Shown: positions 52,435-64,000 of the stretch, one piece after another
Numbering within the stretch: position 1 is the first letter of the stretch
Layout of the letters: each line of letters opens with the position of its first letter
Assembly (NCBI GenBank): GCA_963825035.1
Contig: CAWGRT010000015.1
Span: 3,766-67,765 of the forward strand
From: Candidatus Krumholzibacteriia bacterium
GTDB taxonomy: Bacteria; Krumholzibacteriota; Krumholzibacteriia; LZORAL124-64-63
Direction of reading: 5' to 3'
DNA length: 64,000 bases
Translations under genes and position numbers: made by a program
The notes under the pieces: generated by a model
What the model was told of the DNA's origin: nothing
Database searches by the model: none
Seen by the model: the letters and a program-made list of their open reading frames with translations, nothing else

Positions 52435-52989
52435 GTGACCATCCGCTTCCCGCTCCGCGCCAAGGTGGGCGCGCTCCTCGTGATCCTGCTCGTGGCCGGC
52501 GCCGGCTGCGGTTCCCGCGACAAGGGAGGCTCCGCTGCCGGCGGCGCCGCGACCACCGTCGCGGCCAAGGGTGCGCCGGCGCCCGACTTCACCCTGGCGA
52601 AGGTGGGCGGCGGCACCGTCCACCTGGCGGACCTGCGCGGCCGTGCGGTCATCGTCGATTTCTGGGACACCTGGTGCCCGCCCTGCCGCAAGGCGCTGCC
52701 CCACCTGCAGGAACTGGACGACGAGTACGGCGATCGCCTGGCCGTGGTGGGCGTGGCCTTCGGCCGCGACGGCAAGGACGCGGTGGCCAAGTTCCTGGCC
52801 GACCACAACCTGACCTTCAGCTGCGCCTTGATGGACCCGGACTACGCCACGGCCAAGGCCTACGGCGGGCTGCAGAGCATCCCCACCACCTTCCTGATCG
52901 ATCCGGACGGCGTGGTGCGCGACATCTGGGTGGGCGGCTACGACAAGGCCACGTACGAGGCGGCGGTCAAGCAGGTGCTGGAGGGCTGA
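52435..52989 (+). CDS. TlpA/ResA-like thiol-disulfide oxidoreductase, membrane- or lipid-anchored
   Basis: GTG at 52435 behind GGAGGA. VGALLVILLVAGAGCGSRD. APDFTLAKVGGGTVHLADLRGRAVIVDFWDTWCPPCRKALPHLQEL...IPTTFLIDPDGVV. Intact. Confidence 0.85.
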   Translation: MTIRFPLRAKVGALLVILLVAGAGCGSRDKGGSAAGGAATTVAAKGAPAPDFTLAKVGGGTVHLADLRGRAVIVDFWDTWCPPCRKALPHLQELDDEYGDRLAVVGVAFGRDGKDAVAKFLADHNLTFSCALMDPDYATAKAYGGLQSIPTTFLIDPDGVVRDIWVGGYDKATYEAAVKQVLEG

Positions 52990-53028
52990 GGCGGGACGGG
53001 CGAGGATCGACGGGACCGGGCAGACGAT

Positions 53029-53066
53029 GACCCCTGGCTGTGGCTTCGCACCGGCAACCAGGGGTC
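53029..53066. terminator. hairpin between tlpA-like(+) and a small minus-strand ORF
   Basis: GACCCCTGG-(20 nt)-CCAGGGGTC, no clear U-tract on either strand. Confidence 0.35.
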
Positions 53067-53080
53067 CTACAGGCTCTCGA

Positions 53081-53149
53081 TCATTTTCTCAACCACCAAA
53101 AGAGATCGATCAAGGCAAGGCCCATGATGAGGCTGAGCTCGGGTCCCAT
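53081..53149 (-). CDS. candidate 22-aa hydrophobic micro-protein
   Basis: AAAGGGGGGAtcgtc-ATG; MGPELSLIMGLALIDLFWWLRK-TGA. One TM-length hydrophobic stretch with a basic C-terminus. The G-rich RBS resembles those of neighbouring genes. Intergenic location, no homology recognised. Confidence 0.2.
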   Translation of the reverse strand: MGPELSLIMGLALIDLFWWLRK

Positions 53150-53231
53150 GACGATCCCCCCTTTCCGTGCCAGGGGTGCAACAGTTGCGGACCTCCGTGG
53201 ATTCGGCTGCCCGGGCGTTCCCTTGAGGGGC

Positions 53232-55774
53232 TTATCGTTCCCCGGAAGGGAGCCGGGCTTCCACCGCATCCCCACCCGCCTGTGCAAGAAGGGGACCTTT
53301 TCCTAAGGAAAACCTTAATTCCTTGATGACCAAGAGGATAGCGGTCTTGTCGTCGGGTTCCGCACCGTCGCCGAAGGCGGCGACGGCGGAAAATACCTGA
53401 TCGAGGACCGCCGCGGGCGATCCGTCCGGGCGGGTGGCGACCTCCGCCAGCAGGCGCTCGGTGTCGAAGAACTCGCCGGCGGCGTTGCGCTCGTCCGCCA
53501 GCCCGTCGGTGTGCAGGAAGAGGCGGTCGCCCGCCGCCAGGGACAGGACCCCTTCCCGGTAGTGATGATCCGGGGCGGCGCCCAACACGGGCCCGCCCTT
53601 GCGCAGCCGGTGCTGCGGTCCGCCGCCGGCGCGCAGCAGCACCGGCGGATCCATGCCGGCGTTGCAGTAGCGCAGCAGACCCGTGGCCGGGTCCAGGTCG
53701 GCGAAGAAGAAGCAGACGAAGCGGCCGGGGGTGACCCGCTCGCCCACCAGGGTGTTCAGCCCCCGCACCACGGCCGAGGGTGCCTGGCGCCCCTCGGCGT
53801 CGCGGCGGAAGGCTGTGCACAGGGACGTCATCAGCAGGGCCGCGGGCACGCCCTTGCCCGCCACGTCGGCGATGGCCACGGCCAGGTGGCCGTCCTCCCG
53901 CAGGAAGTAGTCGAAGTAGTCGCCGCCGACGGCCCGGCAGGGGTCGTTGCGGCCGGCCACGGCGTAGGCCGGCGTCACCAGGGGGGCGGTGGGCAGCAGG
54001 CGGCCCTGGATGTCGCGGGCCACGGCCAACTCGGCGTCGAGGCGCTGCTGCTTCAGGGTCTCCTGGTACAGCCGCCGGCTCTCGACGATGGATCCCACCT
54101 GCAGCGCCAGGCCCCGCAGGTTGGCCAGGTCCTCCTGGCTGTAGAGGGCGCCCTCCGCCTTGGCGCCGAAGGCCAGGAAGCCCACCAGGCGCGCCCCGCT
54201 GACCAGGGGCACCAGCAGCACCGCGCCCAGCCGGGTCAGCAGGCTCAAGGAGGAGGCGTCGGCATCCTCGCCGAAGAGCAGGTCCTCGGCCTCCTCGGTG
54301 AAGACCGGGCGCCGCAGGCGGGCCATGAGCCGGGCCAGGGCGCTGTCGGGGGCCAGGGCGGCGTCCCCGCCTTCGCTGCCGCGGGGCGGGGACAGGGGCG
54401 TGCCCGGGCCCGCGCCCAGGCGCACGGCGAAAGCTCCGGCCGGAACAGGTCCCGCAGGCGGCGGCCCAGCAGCGCCACCACCTCGTCCAGTTCGATGAGT
54501 CCTGCCAGTTCCTCGCCCAGGACCGCGATCGCCCGACGGTGGTCGCGGCGCTCGGGATAGAAGGTGCGGTCGATCCAGTCCTGGACCACCCGGCGCAGGG
54601 GCTGCACCGCCAGGCTGCTGCCCGCGGCGATCATCAGCAGCACGGGGTAGGCGGAGACCGCGAACACCTGGGAAAGCAGCGCGCCGAGGCCGACCACCAC
54701 CAGCAGGAAGACCGCCAGCAGCAGCAGGGTCAGCAGCCCGTAGGTGAGGCTGGCGCGCACCACGAAGGCGGCGTCCAGGGCGCCGTAGCGCATGATGGCC
54801 AGGCTGAAGCTGGCGGGCACCAGCACCAGGCTCAGCGCCATGGTCGGCCAGGCCCCTTCCGAGGCGCCGGGCACGACGTTCACCAGCACCATCGCGGCCA
54901 GGAAGGGCGCCAGCCCCGCCACCAGCCCCGCCAGCACCACCAGCATCTTGGTGCGCTGGATAGGCCGGTCCCGGCGCAGCGCCCGCCGCCCGAAGATCAC
55001 CAGCCCGGCCACGAAGAACGCGAGGGCGTAGACCATCGTCGCCGCCTCCAGCACCCGCTGCAGGGGCGACCCGACCGGGTGCGGGATGAGAGGAAATCCA
55101 GGGCCGCCGACCCGGCGAACAGCACCAGCCCCGGCACCAGCAGCAGACGTTGGGTGCGCCGCGCCGCGGCCAGGGGGGCGCGCCGGTCGGGGCTGGGAAA
55201 GAGCAGCAGGAAGCGCAGGAAGTAGGCGGGCATCAGGTCCTGCGCCAGCAGCCGCAGCAGGTCCTTGGCCTCATGTAGGTGGCGCTGGGGTGGTCGGGCA
55301 CGTCCGCCAGGAGGAAGGCGAAGATCAGGCACAACGCGAAGAAGTTGCGGGCCACCAGGTCGCCCCGCTGCAGGAGGCACCCACCAACCGATGGCCAGGA
55401 ACGCCAGGCCCGGTCAGCCAGCTGGTGTAGTCCCGCAGCAGGTGGGCGCGGACCGGCCGCGCCGGCTGCAGCACGGCGGTGCGCTCGCCGTCGGCGTCCT
55501 GCACCACGAAGGTCCGCGGCACCAGGCCGCGCTCGCGGGCCACGGCCGCGTAGTAGGCGTGCATGTCCGGGACGTTCCGGCCGTCGACGGACGCCACCCG
55601 GTCGCCGGGCCGCAGCCCGGCGGCGGCGGCCGGACCCAGGGGGCGGACGGTGACGACCCGCAGGTCGTGGACCGTCAGGCCCAGGTCCGGACCCCGGGCG
55701 ATGCCCACGGCGACGGCGAGGGAAAGGGCGAGCAGCAGGGGGGAGACGACCGCCAGACCCAGCAGGCGGGTCAC
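53232..55774 (-). CDS. membrane-bound PP2C (SpoIIE/RsbU-type) phosphatase with N-terminal PDZ, polytopic TM region and GAF-like domain, about 3 frame breaks
   Basis: GTG at 55774. LTVHDLRVVTVRPLGPAAAAGLRPGDRVASVDGRNV (PDZ). Multiple TM segments in ORF 54245..55054. LLVPLVSGARLVGFLAFGAK (GAF-like). ARDIQGRLLP...GGDYFDYF...AIADVAGKGVPAALLM...LHTDGL...DDKTAILLVI (PP2C). Confidence 0.8.
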
Positions 55775-55904
55775 CTGTTCGAAGCGGCTGGGGATGATGG
55801 CGAGGTCGCGGCGCAGCAGGGTACCTCCCGGTGGCGACCCGCCGATCCTAGCACGCCGCGGCCGGCGGCGCGACCCCGGAGCGTGCCGCCGCCGGCCAAC
55901 AGGA

Positions 55905-55927
55905 AGGCCGCCCCGTGGGGGCGGCCT
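55905..55927 (-). terminator. hairpin after the second Cys-rich secreted protein gene
   Basis: AGGCCGCCCC-cac-GGGGCGGCCT followed by TCCTGTT on the minus strand, about 25 nt after the stop at 55952. Confidence 0.55.
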
Positions 55928-55951
55928 GCCTGCTCTCCCAATCGATCCCGC

Positions 55952-56551
55952 CTACCGGTAAAGCGACTTCACCTCGCCCCAGCTGGCCTCGGCGGTCGGC
56001 ACGGCGCAATCGCCGTTGATGGTCGCCACGGGAATGGTGGGACCGCCGGTGGGCTGCTGCAGGGGGATGATGATGTTGTAGTCGGCCCCGTCCAGGTACG
56101 CCGGCTGGCGATCCGGGAGGGAGTGCCTGTAGATCCCGTCGATGTAGAAGTCCACCGGCGTCGCGGTGTCGAGGATCATGAAGTCGATCGTCGCGACGAC
56201 CACGGCGGGATACATGAACGGGTTGTACAAGGGGACGGCGATGCCCACCACGTACTCGGGCGGCGTGAGGAAGTTGATGCACTGGCCCTCGTAGGTGGTG
56301 TTGGTGATGATCGCGGGGCCCTCCACCCAGATCTGGGCTTCCCAGCCGCCGACGCCCGCCTGCTGGGAGGTGGGGTGGGTGATCACGACGTAACCCTGCT
56401 GCGGACCGGCTTCCATGGGCACGCAGTTGACGCACGCGCACGGATCGAAGTAGACGCCGATGCCGTCCTCGTCAGGGTCGAGCTGGGCGAACACGTTGCC
56501 AGCGGTGAGAATCAAAGTCAGGAGGCAGGTCGCAGTCACAATCTTTTTCAT
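55952..56551 (-). CDS. secreted Cys-rich hypothetical protein with a C-terminal SW...K.LYR tail
   Basis: ATG at 56551 behind GAGGGGGA. MKKIVTATCLLTLILTAGNVFA|QLDPDEDG..., FDPCACVNCVP, ends ...INGDCAVPTAEASWGEVKSLYR. Intact. The raw ORF starts at 56596. Confidence 0.55.
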   Translation of the reverse strand: MKKIVTATCLLTLILTAGNVFAQLDPDEDGIGVYFDPCACVNCVPMEAGPQQGYVVITHPTSQQAGVGGWEAQIWVEGPAIITNTTYEGQCINFLTPPEYVVGIAVPLYNPFMYPAVVVATIDFMILDTATPVDFYIDGIYRHSLPDRQPAYLDGADYNIIIPLQQPTGGPTIPVATINGDCAVPTAEASWGEVKSLYR

Positions 56552-56700
56552 AATCAATCCCCCTCGTATGTCCAGTCGATGGCGTTTTGAAGACACTTCT
56601 GCCTATGGGGCAGGCTACGCGAATTCTCCTGTGGAGAAAAGCACTATTTAGGCGATTAATGCAGAAATTGCCGGACTAGGTCCGACATTCGTTCTCGGAG

Positions 56701-56730
56701 TTGGCATCAGGGGTAAAATTACGATATAAA
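56701..56730 (+). promoter_or_regulatory. sigma-70-type promoter candidate in the AT-rich gap upstream of valS
   Basis: TTGGCA (56701-56706), 17-nt spacer, ATATAA (56724-56729). About 200 nt upstream of the valS start. Confidence 0.3.
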
Positions 56731-56927
56731 AAGAAAAATCAGCATCGCCGTTGCAGGGCACCTTCCGGCGGCGGGTTCCGGAACGACCGCCGGCGCCGGA
56801 GGCTACCGTTGCCCGCCTGCGGCGCGGGTGTTAGATTCACCGTTCCTTGGCAAAGGCGGCAGCAGCGCAGGACCGGCCCGCGGCGCGGGTCATCGTACGG
56901 GAGCCGAACGTGGACGACATCAGGAGC

Positions 56928-59704
<2,777 letters not shown>

Positions 59705-59731
59705 CCGCGGGCTCCGGCCCGGGAGACGACC

Positions 59732-60810
59732 ATGGTCTGACGAGCCCATCCTCAAGACGCCGGGGGAACTGCTGGCCGAGGCCCGCGAGGGGGCCGGCCT
59801 GTCCCTGGCGGCCGTCTCCGAGCGGACCAAGATCCCCGTGCCCCAGCTGCAGACCATCGAGCGCGACGAGTACCACCGGCTGTCCGGGCCGCTGTACGTC
59901 AAGAGCTTCCTGCGGGCCTACGCCGAGGCGGTGGACCTGGACGTGGGCATGATCCTCGACCTCTACGGCCGCTCCAGCGGCGAAGGCGCCCCCGGGGCGG
60001 GCGGCGGCCGTCCCGAGGTGTGGGAGCGCGAAACCGTCACCATCACCCGGGTGGGGGTGGACTGGGGCCGGCTGCTGGCCTGGGGGGCGGGGGGCGCCGT
60101 GGTGGTGGTGGGCGTCTGGCTGCTGATCCGCCTGCTGTCGAGCGGCGGCGAGCCGGTCAAGATGCAGGCGGAGGCCGAGCCTGCGTCCCCGCCGCCCGCG
60201 GCCGCGGTGGCAGGGGACACGGTGGTCACCACCTCACCGCCGCCGGCGGGCCCGGCCGCAGCCGGCGGCGACCAGCCGGCCGCGGGCGGGAGCGCCGACG
60301 CCCGGACGGACGGCGCGCAGAAACCCGCCGTGCGAAAGCCGGCCCCGCAGACGGCCGCGGTCCCGCCCGCCGCGGCGGAGCCCGAATCGTCGGTGCCGAC
60401 GCCGCCGCGCACCCGCACGGCGGCGGAGCCGCGGCGGGAGGATCTGCCCGCGGCCTTCGCCGGCTCCGGCAGCATCCCCTTCGCCGACGGCAGCCGCTGG
60501 CCGGTGCGGGTGCGCCTGCTGACGGACGCGCCCCTGACGGCCGAGGCCAAGTGCGACGGCGAGCGCCGCTTCCTGGCCGCCCGCTTCGCCCCGGCCGACG
60601 TGGGTCAGCCCGCCCAGCCCGCCAAGGGCATCGAGGCCGGCCGCGCCTACGCGGTGCGGGAGGGACTGGTGGTGTACTGGCACGCCCAGGACCACTGCGT
60701 GCTGCGCCTGGACCGCACCGCCGGCGTCGAGATCAGCGTCAACGGCCGGGTGCGCGACATCGGCAGCCTGCAGCCGGGCCAGGAGATCGTCCTGGACAAC
60801 CTACCGCTGA
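59732..60810 (+). CDS. RodZ-like cytoskeleton protein (HTH, TM, Pro/Ala-rich linker, DUF4115-like C-terminus), frame breaks at both ends
   Basis: [68 protein letters not shown] segment [20 protein letters not shown]-terminus [31 protein letters not shown] 59732 is out of frame by one nt, and the stop near 60808 is inferred. Confidence 0.55.
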
Positions 60811-60816
60811 GCGACC

Positions 60817-62843
60817 ATGGGACGCTTCCGACTCGCCGCCCCCTTCGAGCCCACCGGCGACCAGCCGGCGGCCATCGCCGAGCTGGTGGCCGAAGCGCGG
60901 CGCGGCGCCCGCTTCCAGACCCTGCTGGGGGTGACGGGCTCGGGCAAGACCTTCACCATGGCCAACGTCATCGCCCAGCTGGACCGGCCGACCCTGGTCT
61001 TCAGCCACAACAAGACCCTGGCCGCCCAGCTCTACGGCGAGCTGAAGGGATTCTTCCCCGACAACGCCGTCGAGTACTTCATCAGCTACTACGACTACTA
61101 CCAGCCCGAGGCCTACATCCCGGCGACCAACACCTACATCGAGAAGGACACCAGCATCAACGACGAGATCGAGCGGCTGCGCCTGCGCGCCACCAGCAGC
61201 CTGCTGGCGCGGCGACGACGTGATCGTCGTGGCCTCGGTCTCGGCCATCTACGGCCTGGGCAATCCCGGAGACCTTCCGCGAGAGCCGCATCAGCCTGAA
61301 GGTGGGGCAGACCCTGGAGCGGGACGACCTGCTGGCGCACCTGGTGCGGATCCAGTACCGGCGCAACGACATCGAGCCGGACTTCGGCACCTTCCGCGCC
61401 CGCGGCGACACGGTGGAGATCCGCTCCGCCTACGAGGAGCGCATCCTGCGGGTGGAGTTCTTCGGCGACGAGGTCGAACGCCTGGCCTGGATCGAGCCCC
61501 TGAGCGGCCGCAGCCTGGGCGACGTGCCCGACGCGGTGATCTACCCGGCCACCCAGTTCGTGAGCGCGGCCGGCGGCCTGGACGGGCGTGGTCGACGCCA
61601 TCGGTCGCGACCTGGAGACGCGGCTCGGCGAGCTGGACGAGGCGGGCCGGGCCCTGGAGGCGCAGCGGCTGGCCTCGCGCACCCGCTACGACATGGAGAT
61701 GATCCAGCAGATCGGCCACTGCGCCGGGGTCGAGAACTACTCCCGCTACTTCGACGGCCGCGAGCCGGGCACGCGCCCCGCCTGCCTGCTGGACTACTTC
61801 CCCGACGACTGGCTGATGATCATCGACGAGAGCCACGCCACCGTGCCCCAGATCGGCGCCATGTACCAGGGCGACCGCTCCCGCAAGCTGAACCTGGTGG
61901 AGCACGGCTTCCGCCTGCCCAGCGCCCTGGACAACCGGCCGCTGCTGTTCGACGAGTTCGAGGAGCTGATGCCCGCCACCGTCTTCGTCTCGGCCACGCC
62001 CGGCGACTACGAGCTGGCCCGCTCCGGCGGCGTGGTGGTGGAGCAGGTGATCCGGCCCACGGGCCTGGTGGATCCGCCCATCACCGTGCTGCCGGTGGCC
62101 CACCAGGTGGACGACCTGCTGGAGCGCATCCGCGTGGTCACCGCCCGCGGCGAACGGGTGCTGGTGACCACCCTCACCAAGAAGATGTCCGAGGACCTGA
62201 CGGGCTACCTGGCCAAGGCCGGGGTGCGGGTCACCTACCTGCACAGCGACATCGCGGCCCTGGACCGCATCGAGATCCTGCGCAAGCTGCGGCTGGGCGA
62301 GAGCGACGTGCTGGTGGGCGTGAACCTCCTGCGCGAGGGCCTGGACCTGCCGGAGGTCTCGCTGGTGGCCATCCTCGACGCGGACCGCGAGGGCTTCCTG
62401 CGCTCGGAACGCAGCCTGATCCAGACCGCCGGCCGGGCCGCCCGCAACGTCAACGGGCGAGGTGGTCATGTACGCCGACACGGTCACCCGGTCCATGCGC
62501 GCGGCCATCGACGAGACCGAGCGGCGCCGGACGCGGCAGCTGGCCTGGAACGAGGAGCACGGCATCACCCCGCGGACCATCTTCAAGAGCCGCGAGCAGA
62601 TCATGCAGTCGACCCTGGCGGCGGGCGAGCGCGGGCGCGACAAGCCGGCGCCGCCGGAGCGGCCCTGGGAGGCGGTCATCGCCGCGGGCGGCGAGCCGCC
62701 GCGACATCGTCGAGATGCTGGAGCGTGAGATGGAACGGGCCGCCGAGGCCCTGGAGTTCGAGCGGGCGGCGGAGATCCGCGACCGCCTGGAGGACCTGAA
62801 GGCCCAGTGGGGCCTGGGCGGAGCGACGGGAGGCGAGGCATGA
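60817..62843 (+). CDS. uvrB: excinuclease ABC subunit B, about 4 frame breaks
   Basis: [15 protein letters not shown]...[85 protein letters not shown] motif [16 protein letters not shown]. Confidence 0.95.
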
Positions 62844-63719
62844 CGGCGCCGGATCCCCACGGATTCCCGCGGGACCCCTGGATCGAGCAGCTGGTGCGGC
62901 AGGCCCTGGCCGAGGACATCGGCAGCGGGGACCGCTCCACCCAGGTGACCGCGTCGCCGGACCTGCGGGTGACGGCGCGGTGACGGCGCGGGCGGCGGGC
63001 GTGCTGGCGGGGCTGCCCCTGCTGGACCTGGTCTGTCGCCGCCCTGGACCCGGACCTGTCGGTGGAGCACCGGCGGGCGGACGGCGACCCGCTGGGCGCG
63101 GGCGAGATGGCGGCGGTGATCCGCGGCCCCGCGGCGCCCGGTGCTGACCGGCGAGCGCACGGCCCTGAACTTCCTGCAGCACCTGGGCGGCATCGCCACC
63201 CTGACGGCCCGCTACGTGGCGGCCGTGGCGGGCACCCGCTGCCGGGTGCTGGACACCCGCAAGACCCTGCCGGGCTGGCGCGCCCTGGCCAAGTATGCCG
63301 TGCGCTGCGGCGGCGGCCACAACCACCGCATGGGCCTGTACGACCGCATCATGCTCAAGGACAACCACTGGGCCGCCGGCCGAGGGCGACATCGCCGCGC
63401 TCGTGGCGCGGGCGCGGCGGGACCATCCGGGCATCCCGGTGGAGATCGAGGTGGACGACCCGGCCCAGTTCGCGCGGGCCCTGGCCCTGGCTCCCGAGTG
63501 GATCCTGCTGGACAACTTCACCCCCGAGGCGACGGCCGCCGCCGTTGGGCGCGCGGGACGCCGCCGGGGCGCGCGACCCGGCTGGAGGCGTCGGGCAACG
63601 TGACCCTCGAGACCATCGGCGCCTACGCCCGGCCGGGCGTGGACGCGGCCTCGGTGGGGCGCCTGACCCACTCGGCGCCCGCCCTGGACCTGGGCCTGGA
63701 CCTGGAGTTGTCGCGGTGA
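62840..63719 (+). CDS. nadC: nicotinate-nucleotide pyrophosphorylase (carboxylating), about 4 frame breaks
   Basis: ATGA overlap with uvr[91 protein letters not shown]...[18 protein letters not shown]. Confidence 0.9.
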
Positions 63720-64000
63720 GGCGGCCGGGGGACGGCGGTCCCGTGCACCGGGACTGGTTCGGGCTGGACGGTTTCCTGCCCGGTCCCCGCTTCACCCGCG
63801 ACGGTGCGGTGCTCTACCTGCTGGAGGAGGTGGGCAGCACCAACGACGTTCCTGCGTGGTCGGGGCGGCGCGGCGCCGGGCCGGCTGTGCACCTGGGACG
63901 GCTGGGGCTGGCGGGCGGCGGCGCAGACCGAGCTGCCGCCGGTGGCCGACCCGCGGCCGGGCACGGTGGTGGTGGCCCGTCGCCAGACCGACGGCCGGGG
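63715..64000 (+). CDS. birA: biotin--[acetyl-CoA-carboxylase] ligase, N-terminal part only (window edge), at least one frame break
   Basis: GTGA overlap with nad[13 protein letters not shown]..., [14 protein letters not shown] (start of the GRGRxGR biotin-binding loop). Confidence 0.7.

Noticed and set aside
53290-53335. A small AT-rich hairpin TTTTCC-taa-GGAAAA and an unusually long C-terminal tail of the PP2C phosphatase (..LLVIKELRFSLGKGPLLAQAGGDAVEARLPSGER).
   Set aside because: A 6-bp stem is insignificant. The tail may simply be read-through caused by an indel that removed the true stop near LLVIKE, so no separate feature is supportable.

Overview
Very GC-rich (about 70% by eye, not computed), densely coding bacterial chromosomal window made up mostly of housekeeping genes. 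I found no rRNA, tRNA, CRISPR array, transposase, integrase or recognisable defence gene. Gene order: kup(-), nfnAB-like oxidoreductase(-), folE, small OMP, HEAT protein and Cys-rich secreted protein(-), trxB(-), rplU-rpmA. A ~16 kb co-directional block follows: kdsB-pyrG-kdsA-kdsC-kdsD-lpxL-like-lptC-lptB-rpoN-hpf-hprK-EIIA/B/C/D(Man)-ptsH-ptsI-PGI/PMI. After that come a sugar nucleotidyltransferase, metK, PKD lipoprotein(-), lptG/lptF(-), and a ~6.5 kb sprA (T9SS translocon) overlapped by a glutaminyl-cyclase-like M28 gene. Next is a Zn-ribbon / small protein / degenerate MglA-like GTPase / TPR cluster, then uppP, cheY-like(-), DUF4139, TPR membrane protein(-), short RpoD-type sigma, yigZ(-), OMP, FG-GAP protein, dsbD(-)/tlpA, PDZ-GAF-PP2C phosphatase(-), a second Cys-rich secreted protein(-), valS, rodZ-like, uvrB, nadC and birA (partial). 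SprA, the short sigma-70 and the QC-like gene suggest an FCB-superphylum-like uncultured lineage (inference). Main caveat: by manual frame tracing about 100 frame breaks interrupt obviously essential genes (valS, uvrB, pyrG, rpoN, ptsI and others), while blocks of 2.5-5.5 kb are completely intact. This pattern looks like unpolished assembly indels, not biology, so many CDS ends are approximate. The leads worth following: (1) two consensus sigma-54 promoters, plus one near-consensus, with rpoN in the same window; (2) sprA plus a QC-like gene, with three predicted signal-peptidase sites followed by Gln; (3) a shared C-terminal ...DC.V.P..E.SW...K.LYR tail on two otherwise unrelated secreted Cys-rich proteins; (4) an MglA-like GTPase with degenerate G1/G3/G4 motifs. 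I cannot show that any of these is a genuinely new system.
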